From NCBI GenBank assembly GCA_963704755.1, contig OY969938.1:2520001-2552000 (forward strand): a stretch of 32,000 nucleotides of DNA, read 5' to 3'. The notes under the pieces were generated by a model. It was not told where the DNA came from. It saw only the letters and a program-made list of their open reading frames with translations, and did not search any database. The position numbers were made by a program, and so were the translations under genes. This document shows, in pieces, positions 1 to 7,916 of this stretch; position 1 is the first letter of the stretch; each line of letters starts with the position of its first letter. The stretch is from an uncultured Chloroflexia bacterium. Lineage in GTDB: Bacteria > Chloroflexota > Anaerolineae > Anaerolineales > Anaerolineaceae.

Positions 1-87
1 GTCCGATAAACAGGAGGTTCAAATGATCACATTGAAACATACATGCAACCGGTTTGTCACGGCCGGTCCGGAAAGGTAGGCGGGGCT

Positions 88-1251
88 ATGGCAGCCAATT
101 CACCAACCCCATTGACCGCCCAGGAGCAGCGCACGGAACGCGCACGCGAAGCGCTGCGGGCGAACACTTTCCGCATCGCCCCGATAGGTGCGGATACCTG
201 GTCGGTAAAGAACGGCGACAAGGTGCCCTACACCGTCCGGCACGTGGAAAACAACTGGAACTGCACCTGCCCGGATTTCTCCCAATTCGGCCCGTCCATT
301 CGCTGCAAGCACGTCGAAGCGGTGCGCATCATTCAGGAGGAAAACGGTAACAGTGTCCCTACTATTGAGCCACCCATAGGCAACGAGGCCGAAAATGATT
401 CGGCCCGCATCCGCAATGAACTCAACAAACCACTGGATATGGCCCGCGTCAAGCGCCGCCAGGCTCCCGGCAAAGGGACGGTTCCTTACCTGGAAGGGTA
501 CGAGATGATCCAGCGCGCCAACGAGATCTTCGCGTTTGGCTGGTCTTTCGACCTGCTGAAGGATCCCACCATTATCCGCTGGCAAAAGACGCAAACCCAA
601 TACAGCCAACAGCAGCGTTGCAAAGTACCCGTCCTGGACGATCAGGGCCGGCCGCTGCTGGAAGAGGTCGGGATCGTCTGGATCACCGGGAAGGTCACGG
701 TCGAGCTAGACGGCAGGCCGATCTGCCATGCCGACGTAGGGCGCTGCAGCTTCACCGGCGACACCCCCGAGGCGCTCGACATGGCCATCGCCGGCGCTGC
801 TACGGATTGCCTGAAGCGCTGCCTGCGCCAGTTTGGCGACCAGTTTGGCCTGTCCCTTTACGACAGGGACGTGGCCCAGACGGCCGGGTTGGAGCGAGGT
901 AATGGGCATGCGAATAGTCACGCGAGCAGCTCCCCCGGTGGGAATGGCGGTTCCACCGCCCAACCTGCCGGTCGAACGACCCGCCAGACTCCCCCGGCGA
1001 AGTCGTCTGCACCTACGAGCGCTTTCGAAGCGGGTAAAGTGATCTTCACCCTTAAGCCCAAGACTCGCCCCGAGCTGTCCGGAAAAACGCTGGCCGAATT
1101 GCAAAGGCAGGCCCCGGATATCCTGGCCTGGCTGGCCAGCGATTACACCCCCACATCCGAGACTCAGGCGTTGAAAGATGCCGCCCGGCTGTTGGTCCAA
1201 TCCAAAGCCCGGGAGGACAAGGTCATCGCCGATCTTGGTTTCCGCAACTGA
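88..1251 (+). CDS. SWIM zinc-finger / Rad52-family single-strand annealing protein fusion
   Basis: ORF 43..1251. N-terminal CxCx12CxH SWIM signature (NCTCPDFSQFGPSIRCKHVEAV). Rad52/Rad22-like core follows (VPYLEGYEMIQRANEIFAFGWSF ... CLRQFGDQFGLSLYD), then an S/P/G/T-rich linker and a C-terminal helical tail. ATG 88 (MAANSPT) is preferred to ATG 43, but the start is uncertain. Confidence 0.75.
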   Translation: MAANSPTPLTAQEQRTERAREALRANTFRIAPIGADTWSVKNGDKVPYTVRHVENNWNCTCPDFSQFGPSIRCKHVEAVRIIQEENGNSVPTIEPPIGNEAENDSARIRNELNKPLDMARVKRRQAPGKGTVPYLEGYEMIQRANEIFAFGWSFDLLKDPTIIRWQKTQTQYSQQQRCKVPVLDDQGRPLLEEVGIVWITGKVTVELDGRPICHADVGRCSFTGDTPEALDMAIAGAATDCLKRCLRQFGDQFGLSLYDRDVAQTAGLERGNGHANSHASSSPGGNGGSTAQPAGRTTRQTPPAKSSAPTSAFEAGKVIFTLKPKTRPELSGKTLAELQRQAPDILAWLASDYTPTSETQALKDAARLLVQSKAREDKVIADLGFRN

Positions 1252-1277
1252 CTTTTCAACACCCAAAGGAGCAAGAC

Positions 1278-1682
1278 ATGTATCACACGATCATCCTGGC
1301 CGGCAACCTGGGAAATGATCCGGTCATGCGCTATACCCCCAACGGACAGCCGGTGACCACATTTTCTGTGGCGACCAACCGCCAGCACAACCCGGCGGAT
1401 GGCAGCGGGCCGGTTAAAGAAACCACCTGGTTTCGCGTGACTACCTGGGGCAAGCAAGCCGAGGTCTGCAACGAGTACCTGCGCAAGGGTACCAAGATCC
1501 TGGTCGAAGGACGATTGACGCCTGACCCGGAAACGGGTGGGCCGCGCATTTTCAACCGGCAGGACGGGTCGGCCGGCGCTTCTTACGAAGTCACGGCCAC
1601 CACCGTGCGTTTTCTGTCCGCTAAACAGAACGACGAAACCAACAACCCGGCCGCCAATTCCACGGATGACATCCCTTTCTAA
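1278..1682 (+). CDS. ssb: Single-stranded DNA-binding protein
   Basis: OB-fold SSB signature at the N-terminus (MYHTIILAGNLGNDPVMRYTPNGQPVTTFSVATN ... TTWFRVTTWGKQAE). Canonical acidic C-terminal tail ending DDIPF. AAAGGAG RBS lies 7 nt upstream of the ATG. Confidence 0.9.
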   Translation: MYHTIILAGNLGNDPVMRYTPNGQPVTTFSVATNRQHNPADGSGPVKETTWFRVTTWGKQAEVCNEYLRKGTKILVEGRLTPDPETGGPRIFNRQDGSAGASYEVTATTVRFLSAKQNDETNNPAANSTDDIPF

Positions 1683-1732
1683 ATAAACCATTCGCCGGGC
1701 CACCTGAAACGATAGCCGCAAAATACCCCGCG

Positions 1733-1767
1733 GGGGATGCCTTTCCCCTCGACGGGGAAGCATCCCC
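1733..1767 (+). terminator. Imperfect GC-rich stem-loop downstream of ssb (no clear T-tract)
   Basis: GGGGATGCCTTTCCCC-TCGA-CGGGGAAGCATCCCC inverted repeat read directly. It lacks a U-tail, so it may be an attenuator or RNA-stability element rather than a terminator. Confidence 0.35.
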
Positions 1768-1779
1768 TCCAAAAAGGAG

Positions 1780-2283
1780 GTGGATTTGGAAAAACAACTC
1801 TTAACAATACCTGCCGGCCTGGAAACCATTCCACACGTATCCATTGCCGGCTACGAATACCTGGTCGATTTTGGTCAATGCGCCAGACCTCGCTTTCACC
1901 GGGTGGATAAGGAGAAACGCTGCTCGTGTGGCGCCTCTTCCTGCCCGGCCATCGAGGCGGTGCGCGAGTATCTGCTGGGAGGGGGAGCACGTGCGCCAGA
2001 CCCGCTGCCGCCTTGCCCGGTCTGCGGCGCGAAAGTGCTCCGCGACCCGGCCTGGGATGGGCGCTTCACCCACGAGTTGGGCTGGCGCTGCAGCCAGGGC
2101 GGACTGGCCCACTTCCTCCAGCAGAAAATGGAGCGGGTGCGCCAGAACTTACGCGACCACCCCTATCTCCTCCCACCGGCGCCCGGTTATCCGGGGGTAC
2201 GCCGGGACGAGATCCTGGATTACGAAGACCTGATCGAAATCTATAAACAGGCCGCCGAAGAGGGGTATGATCCCACGGCGTGA
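1780..2283 (+). CDS. Hypothetical Cys-rich protein (SWIM-like CxCx4C plus CPVC zinc-ribbon-like motifs)
   Basis: 167-aa ORF with a GTG start (or TTG 6 nt downstream) just after AAGGAGG. Motifs RCSCGASSCPAIEAV and PPCPVCGAKV. Same strand and GC content as its neighbours. No family recognised. Confidence 0.55.
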   Translation: MDLEKQLLTIPAGLETIPHVSIAGYEYLVDFGQCARPRFHRVDKEKRCSCGASSCPAIEAVREYLLGGGARAPDPLPPCPVCGAKVLRDPAWDGRFTHELGWRCSQGGLAHFLQQKMERVRQNLRDHPYLLPPAPGYPGVRRDEILDYEDLIEIYKQAAEEGYDPTA

Positions 2284-2308
2284 CACACATACCACACGAC
2301 CCTGAAGG

Positions 2309-2349
2309 GGACGGAACTTCTCCTTCGGGGGCAGTCCGTCCTCTTTTTT
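2309..2349 (+). terminator. Rho-independent terminator
   Basis: GGACGGA (2309-2315) pairs with TCCGTCC (2335-2341) and is followed by the T-tract CTCTTTTTT. It lies between the stop of ORF 1780..2283 and the start of radC. Confidence 0.7.
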
Positions 2350-2362
2350 GGAGACGGACACC

Positions 2363-3070
2363 ATGGACGAAACGTCCCAAACACAACCGAATTTTCCTTA
2401 CCTGCAACCCAAAGTAAAGCTGCTACCCCTCAAAGAACAACCCGCTTACCGGGTTTCGATCAACGCCGAGACCTGCAACCTGGCCGAACTGCTGGCGGTG
2501 ATCATCGGCGGCAGCGAACAGATCGAGATTGCCGAACGCATGCTGGCCCGCTTCGGCTCGATCCGGCGGCTTTCCCAGGCTCACGTCAACGAAATCGGGG
2601 AGATCAAGGGGGTGGGCGCCGCCACGGCGCTGCGCCTCAAGGCATCCCTGGCGCTGGGCCGGAGGCTCCTGGAACCGGAGGAAGACCGGCCGGTAATTCA
2701 TTCTCCCGGTGATGCTGCCAGGATCCTAATGCCGGTACTGGCTCAGCGCGAGCAAGAGTACATGATCGTGATGCCTCTTGATACCCGTAACCGCATGTTG
2801 GATGTGGTCGAGGTGTACCACGGGAGTTTGAACGCCTCCATGGTCCGCATCGGAGAGCTTCTACGACCGGCCCTACAGCGAAATGCAGCATCGATTGTAG
2901 CTGCCCACAACCACCCTTCCGGTGACCCAACTCCCAGCCCTGAGGACATCAACCTGACTCGCTCGCTCGTACAGGCCGGCAAGTTGATGGACATCGAGTG
3001 CCTGGACCACCTGGTCATCGGCCAGGGACGTTGGGTATCGCTGAAAGAAAAAGGGCTGGGGTTTGGCTAA
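2363..3070 (+). CDS. radC: RadC-like JAB/MPN domain protein
   Basis: C-terminal JAMM-type motif AAHNHPSGDPTPSPEDINLTRSLVQAGKLMDIECLDHLVIG. N-terminal helix-hairpin-helix-like region (SQAHVNEIGEIKGVGAATALRLKA). ATG 2363 (MDETSQ) is preferred over the TTG at 2348. Confidence 0.9.
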   Translation: MDETSQTQPNFPYLQPKVKLLPLKEQPAYRVSINAETCNLAELLAVIIGGSEQIEIAERMLARFGSIRRLSQAHVNEIGEIKGVGAATALRLKASLALGRRLLEPEEDRPVIHSPGDAARILMPVLAQREQEYMIVMPLDTRNRMLDVVEVYHGSLNASMVRIGELLRPALQRNAASIVAAHNHPSGDPTPSPEDINLTRSLVQAGKLMDIECLDHLVIGQGRWVSLKEKGLGFG

Positions 3071-3081
3071 GGGAGGAACTC

Positions 3082-3498
3082 ATGAACGATGCAACGCACG
3101 AAAAACAAAGCCACCTCGAAACGACCTATGAGGCGCTCGTCGAACGGATAAAGGCCCGGGGAAACGATTCCGGCACAGTGCTGGCCGGCGTCACCTGGAG
3201 CCAACTGGCTGAGCTATTGGCCGGCGTCCTTCAGGAGCACGACATCGACCTCGGCGAGCTCGACGAAGAATGCCTGGACGCCTGTCTTCAGCAAGCCTGT
3301 GACGCGCTGCAAAGCCATGAATGCAATCCCTGGGAAGCAATCGCTCGGGCTGCCATGGAAAGCGTGCTTTTCTCAGCCGCTGACCCCGATTACGACGACG
3401 AAGGCCCGCTCACCGAAGCGTACGAGAACTGGACCCGCGCCGAGGACGGCTGGCTGGAAGCTGCCTACGAAGAGCGCTTCGAGCTCGACGATTTTTAA
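3082..3498 (+). CDS. Highly acidic small protein (138 aa), function unknown; candidate DNA mimic / anti-restriction protein
   Basis: ATG 3082 is preceded by GGGAGG. The ORF-track start at 2998 overlaps radC and is unlikely. I count 34 D/E against 7 K/R residues. The C-terminus is ...EAAYEERFELDDF. Confidence 0.65.
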   Translation: MNDATHEKQSHLETTYEALVERIKARGNDSGTVLAGVTWSQLAELLAGVLQEHDIDLGELDEECLDACLQQACDALQSHECNPWEAIARAAMESVLFSAADPDYDDEGPLTEAYENWTRAEDGWLEAAYEERFELDDF

Positions 3499-3563
3499 CC
3501 GCCATCATCCCGTGGGCGGCTGGTCATCCCGCCAGCCGTCCACAACCCAACTGGAGCAAACAC

Positions 3564-4100
3564 ATGCAAATCGACACAACCCACCTTATCCCCCTCTCGA
3601 TCCCGGTCCCGCCGGACCCACTGTTGGAACAGGCGCTGGGCTACAACCGCCAGGCGCGTTTTTTTGCCACCTGGTGGCAGCCGGAGGGTGACGAAGCCAT
3701 GTTCAGCGACGGTATCGTATCGGGTACCGGTCTATGGATCGGTTACCTGGCCTACGTGCAGCACGACCGGGTCTTCGCCGGGCTGGCTCATTATGACCTG
3801 GGCGGTTCGGACCGCCCGGCCAAACACTGGCTGGTGATCGACCGCCAGGAACGCAAGGCCTACATCGCCTGGCCAGCCGAAGCGCGCGAATTCCTGGCCC
3901 ACCAGTGGCCGCAGCGCGTGGTGTCACTGGATATCCCGGAAATGGAGCAACTGATACAGACCATCAACCGCTGGCTGGCCGAAAACAGCCGAGCAACAGT
4001 TGGCGACGCGCTGGCCTGGATGGAAGTCAACCAGCAGGCGGTCGATGCCTTGCTGGCCTGGCTGAACGAACCGGGCGATAACGGGAGGAGCTCAGCATGA
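3564..4100 (+). CDS. Hypothetical protein (178 aa, Trp-rich)
   Basis: ORF with a GGAG RBS. Its stop overlaps the dnaN start (ATGA overlap at 4097-4100), implying translational coupling. No recognisable motif. Confidence 0.65.
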   Translation: MQIDTTHLIPLSIPVPPDPLLEQALGYNRQARFFATWWQPEGDEAMFSDGIVSGTGLWIGYLAYVQHDRVFAGLAHYDLGGSDRPAKHWLVIDRQERKAYIAWPAEAREFLAHQWPQRVVSLDIPEMEQLIQTINRWLAENSRATVGDALAWMEVNQQAVDALLAWLNEPGDNGRSSA

Positions 4101-5236
4101 CCGACCTGACTCTCGAGAAAGCACCATTGTCGCAGGCGTTGGCGATCGTGACCCGCGTGGTCTCTGCACGGCCCACCCTGCCGGCGCTCGGTACGGTCTT
4201 GCTGAAAAACGAAGAGGGCCGCTTGAGGTTGGCCACAACCAATCTCGAAATCGGCCTTTCGTGCTGGCTGGATGCACAGCAGGATGGCGATTTCTCCATC
4301 GCGCTGCCGGCGCGCACCTTCAGCGACACGGTCAATGCCCTGGATGGCAAAGATACCGTCCAGATCCACGCCAACGGCGAGGGTAAAGTCAGTCTGAAAA
4401 GCGGCGGCGCTCGCACCGTGCTGATCGGCTTGAACGCGGACGAGTTCCCACCTTTGCCCGAAGTTACCGGCCAGGGTAACCTGGCCATAAGCCTGGTCGC
4501 TTCTGAAATGAAGGAAGCCATCCGGCAGGTAGCTTTTGCGGCGTCGATGGACGACGCCCGCCCGATCCTGCAATGCGTGCACGTGGAGTTGGATCAAGAA
4601 ACCCTGCGCCTGGTAGCCAGCGATGGCTTCCGGCTGGCGGTGCGTACACTGCATCTGCCGGAACCGCTGACCCAGCCGGTCCGATTTAACGTCCCGGCGG
4701 CTTCACTTAAAGAGCTGGCCAGGGTTTTACCGGACAGCCAGGAAACCTTTCGGCTCTACTGCCTGAAGAACCGCAACCAACTGGCCTTCCGGTTGGACGA
4801 CGTCGAACTCGTTACCCAGGTGCAGGAAGGTAACTTTCCAGACTACCGGGCGATCATTCCTAAGAGCAGCAAGCTCAAGGCAACGCTGGCCACCCAGGAA
4901 TTGCTCAACGCCTGCAAACAGGTGGAGATCATCGCGCGTGATGGCAACAACATCGCCATGTTCGCCTTTTCAGCCGCTACGGAAGGGAAAGGCAGCCTGG
5001 TCATCTCGGCCCAATCCGAAGAGACCGGGTCGAGCGAGATCGCGGTTCCACTACAGAAGCTGGAGGGGATCGACCTGGGCATTGCATTCAACGTCCGCTT
5101 TGTTAGGGACGTGTTGGAAGCGGTGAAATCCAGGGAAGTGACCTTCGAGGCTAATGCGGATAACACGCCGGCGGTGATCAAGCCGCTTGGCGGAGAGGAG
5201 TACTTGTATGTCGTGATGCCGATGCATAAAGGTTGA
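4097..5236 (+). CDS. dnaN: DNA polymerase III beta sliding clamp
   Basis: 379 aa, typical clamp length. N-terminus L..AL..V.RVVSARPTLPALGTVLLKNEEGRLRLATTNLEIGL. Middle RPILQCVHVELDQETLRLVASDGFRLA. C-terminus ...YLYVVMPMHKG. All are typical of DnaN. Confidence 0.9.
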   Translation: MTDLTLEKAPLSQALAIVTRVVSARPTLPALGTVLLKNEEGRLRLATTNLEIGLSCWLDAQQDGDFSIALPARTFSDTVNALDGKDTVQIHANGEGKVSLKSGGARTVLIGLNADEFPPLPEVTGQGNLAISLVASEMKEAIRQVAFAASMDDARPILQCVHVELDQETLRLVASDGFRLAVRTLHLPEPLTQPVRFNVPAASLKELARVLPDSQETFRLYCLKNRNQLAFRLDDVELVTQVQEGNFPDYRAIIPKSSKLKATLATQELLNACKQVEIIARDGNNIAMFAFSAATEGKGSLVISAQSEETGSSEIAVPLQKLEGIDLGIAFNVRFVRDVLEAVKSREVTFEANADNTPAVIKPLGGEEYLYVVMPMHKG

Positions 5237-5359
5237 CAAGGAGGGAATTTTCCAGAAGGTAAACCGTCTCTTTATATCTTCACACAATCCCTAAATTTTT
5301 GAGTAAACACACTTTCTTGTTTCTCAAAAGAACAAAATTTAAAGGCTTTTCCCATCCTT

Positions 5360-5398
5360 GGCTGTCCAAAAAGCAAATTTCTGATTTTTTGGACAGCC
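5360..5398. terminator. Bidirectional terminator-like hairpin at the left edge of cargo A
   Basis: GGCTGTCCAAAAA (5360-5372) pairs with TTTTTTGGACAGCC (5385-5398). A/T tracts flank both sides. It lies between the convergent dnaN (+) and the 2-TM gene (-). Confidence 0.6.
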
Positions 5399-5594
5399 CT
5401 TTCTGCACTAGCGATACAATTGAATTTACATAGGGGATGCTTGATTTTGAGGCTATTACTAAATATTTTTCTCACGAGTACTAATAAAACCAATTAACCT
5501 TCAAAAAAGTTTCAATCAGTTGATTTGAAAAGCCGGTAAATCCAAGAGTTATATTTTTATTGTGAAGCGATTATGACCATGCGATAAGCATTAA

Positions 5595-6383
5595 TTATTT
5601 ATATATCCAATTTGTAGAAAAATTTCTCTCTGCCAATTTGGAAATATAGGGAGAGAAATCAATTTGAAACCTTGATTCACATTTGGAATTGTCTTGTTGT
5701 GTCAAAACCAAAACCTTCCCTGTTTTGATGGGTTTAATACTTTTTCCAAATAAAACATACCACAAAGCTGGATCACATATTTGTCTTGCAGATACTACTT
5801 CTAAACAGGAAAGTTCTTGTCCTGGCTCAGATTCAATTGTAAAACCAACTTGAGAATCAAGAAAGCCATCTTGAATATCCATTTCAACAATCAGATTGCT
5901 AAGAACCGTTTTATGATCATACTTTCTGTCGAATGAGATATTCAAACATCTTCTTCCGCCAAACGGTATTACATTTATTGCAAAGATCATATTAGGATTA
6001 TCGTTCAAATACACCTTAAAGTTACTTAGTTTTCCCGGCCCTGACATAAGCGGCAATATATAAGTTTGGGAGTCCTTGCTGAAGGATAATGTAAGTGTCT
6101 TAATTAATTTCGCTTCTTTTCCAAGGCGATCAAGTATTATTAATTGGTCTTTGCATTCAAGAATGCCAATTTCGGTTTCTCTTGGCGAGATACTTATCTT
6201 TGTCGTTACAAGAATAACAATTAATACTAAACATGTTGTAGTAATTATTGATATAACCATTAACCAAACAATATCCTTAGAATAGGCTATAAAAAATGTG
6301 ATTGCATTTAAAAGGCCGGAAAATATGGTCAAACTGAAAGGAAAGTAATATTTTAGATTTTCTAAAAACACATCTCTATTCAT
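5595..6383 (-). CDS. Membrane-anchored protein: two N-terminal TM helices plus a soluble domain of about 195 aa of unknown fold
   Basis: 262-aa ORF. Hydrophobic stretches FPFSLTIFSGLLNAITFFIAY and IVWLMVISIITTTCLVLIVILVTT. GGGGGA RBS lies 5 nt upstream of the ATG, and the start is 11 nt after the stop of the 70-aa peptide ORF. Low-GC codon usage matches the rest of the cassette. Confidence 0.7.
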   Translation of the reverse strand: MNRDVFLENLKYYFPFSLTIFSGLLNAITFFIAYSKDIVWLMVISIITTTCLVLIVILVTTKISISPRETEIGILECKDQLIILDRLGKEAKLIKTLTLSFSKDSQTYILPLMSGPGKLSNFKVYLNDNPNMIFAINVIPFGGRRCLNISFDRKYDHKTVLSNLIVEMDIQDGFLDSQVGFTIESEPGQELSCLEVVSARQICDPALWYVLFGKSIKPIKTGKVLVLTQQDNSKCESRFQIDFSPYISKLAERNFSTNWIYK

Positions 6384-6394
6384 GAATCCCCCGC

Positions 6395-6607
6395 TTAAGA
6401 CGACCGATCCATATGACCACTATCTGAATACCAATCAGAGTGATCTGAATGATCCGGATAAGCCCCCTCCTCATTTTTGGTTGTAATTGCAATTTCATCT
6501 AATAGGCTTGAAATGATTTCTTGCAAAGCAGGTTTATTCTCAATGCAAATATCATTAATATCGATAATTGGTGAAGAAATAGTTCCAGATTTATTAAATT
6601 TCAACAT
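6395..6607 (-). CDS. 70-aa acidic peptide with C-terminal HSD-HSD-WYSD-SGH tail; candidate substrate or partner of the adjacent rSAM/SPASM enzyme
   Basis: Its ATG overlaps the last codons and stop of the rSAM gene (ATGTTGA, 6601-6607). The sequence ends ...EEGAYPDHSDHSDWYSDSGHMDRSS. Short ORFs are easy to over-call in AT-rich DNA, so confidence is moderate. Confidence 0.55.
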   Translation of the reverse strand: MLKFNKSGTISSPIIDINDICIENKPALQEIISSLLDEIAITTKNEEGAYPDHSDHSDWYSDSGHMDRSS

Positions 6608-7686
6608 TTTTTACGCCTTTCTAAAGAGAAGCGAATATGATCAAACAACATATAGTACGATCTGCAAAAATAGTCTTTTTCAAAGTTTCCGGAACCGAAA
6701 TATCCCAAATAACTACACCCCCCATGGCAAATAGAGAAATACCTGCAACCCAAACAGGATTGAATTCTATTATACATAATATTTTGAAAGTCAATTAATT
6801 GTTTTGAGCACAAGATTTCTTTTATATTAGCTTCAAACATATTACCCAGAAGTGTTTGGCTTTTACTCCAACGTCCACATATGTAAACATCCCCGGTAGC
6901 ATCGATCGCGAAATGATTAAATCCACAACTTCCAGAGAACTGGCAAAACTTTGGATGCCCAGTGAGCATGGACGAAATTATTGACTTAAAAGGTTCAATG
7001 GAAAACGTAAACTTTTCTAAGCAAATCCACTTATCATACAAACGACATAAGAACGAACCATATTCTTCTGGATCAACCAAAAGGTCCATATATTTTGTGC
7101 CATATCCAAAAATTGGGTTTAGCATTAAATTGAGATTGTTGTCTTTGAAAAAGTCAAAAAAAGAAGTTTCTCTTTTTATTGTTTCTTTAGTACAAACAGC
7201 AAGTATGCCGACTTTGCCGTCTCCTTTCCGTTCTTTAATATCCTTAAAATTCATAATGTTATCCAAAATAATTCTATTTTTTTGCTTGTCTATAGACGAT
7301 TGGGTACTTTGATGAAAAAGGTTTAATTCTTTTGGCCCATCATAACTTATCCCGACACCAAAATTGTTATTGAGAAAGAAATTTATGAACTCATTGTTAA
7401 GTAGAAGAGCATTTGTTTGAATCTTGTTTTGAAAGTTAATACCAGTAAATTGTTTTTGTAAGCAGACTACGTCTTCATAAAATTTTTTGCCCAATAATAA
7501 GGGTTCGCCACCATGCCATGTAAATGAAACTTTTCCCCCCAGCGGAAAATAGTCATTAATTTGTGAAAGCAGAACTTTAACGAAGTCAATATCCATCTTT
7601 TGGGGAGGTTCTCCTCGATTTTCATAACAATAACTACATTGCAAGTTACATGAATTGGTTACTTTGATTATGAAGGAGAGAGACAT
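6601..7686 (-). CDS. Radical SAM enzyme with C-terminal SPASM domain (peptide-modifying / anSME-like class)
   Basis: CX3CX2C cluster motif (VTNSCNLQCSYCYE). SAM-binding GGEPLL (WHGGEPLLLG). SPASM cysteines (CQFSGSCGFNHFAIDATGDVYICGRW ... CLGCRYFSICHGGCSY, i.e. CX2CX5CX3C). Confidence 0.9.
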   Translation of the reverse strand: MSLSFIIKVTNSCNLQCSYCYENRGEPPQKMDIDFVKVLLSQINDYFPLGGKVSFTWHGGEPLLLGKKFYEDVVCLQKQFTGINFQNKIQTNALLLNNEFINFFLNNNFGVGISYDGPKELNLFHQSTQSSIDKQKNRIILDNIMNFKDIKERKGDGKVGILAVCTKETIKRETSFFDFFKDNNLNLMLNPIFGYGTKYMDLLVDPEEYGSFLCRLYDKWICLEKFTFSIEPFKSIISSMLTGHPKFCQFSGSCGFNHFAIDATGDVYICGRWSKSQTLLGNMFEANIKEILCSKQLIDFQNIMYNRIQSCLGCRYFSICHGGCSYLGYFGSGNFEKDYFCRSYYMLFDHIRFSLERRKKC

Positions 7687-7916
7687 CGTTTAATTCTTTT
7701 TTATTCTTCAAAGGATTACATAATAGAATTCCATTATGGTACATGCACACTATCCAATATCCAGAAAATGACACAATATTTCATTTCGTTTTAGGTATTC
7801 CTTATAATACAATGATTATGCAGGGGCTGTTTTTTATAAATTGAGAAAAATTCACAGCCGGGTTAGCGCATATTACCTATTTCCTCAATATAATCCATAG
7901 TCAATATTTTCTTTCA

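Noticed and set aside
23-79. An 18-codon mini-ORF (MITLKHTCNRFVTAGPER) with a perfect AGGAGG RBS upstream of the Rad52-like gene.
   Set aside because: It is too short to evaluate and lies at the window edge. It may be a leader peptide or simply the tail context of an upstream gene, so it is not reported as a feature.
5272-5493. A 73-aa minus-strand ORF in the dnaN / cargo A junction.
   Set aside because: It spans the bidirectional terminator hairpin (5360-5398), has no RBS and has a low-complexity K/F-rich translation. It is most likely non-coding.
5595-6383. Considered whether the gene next to the caspase-like protease could be a bacterial gasdermin.
   Set aside because: Gasdermins are soluble until cleaved and lack N-terminal TM helices. 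This protein begins with two classical hydrophobic helices and shows no gasdermin-like features that I can recognise.
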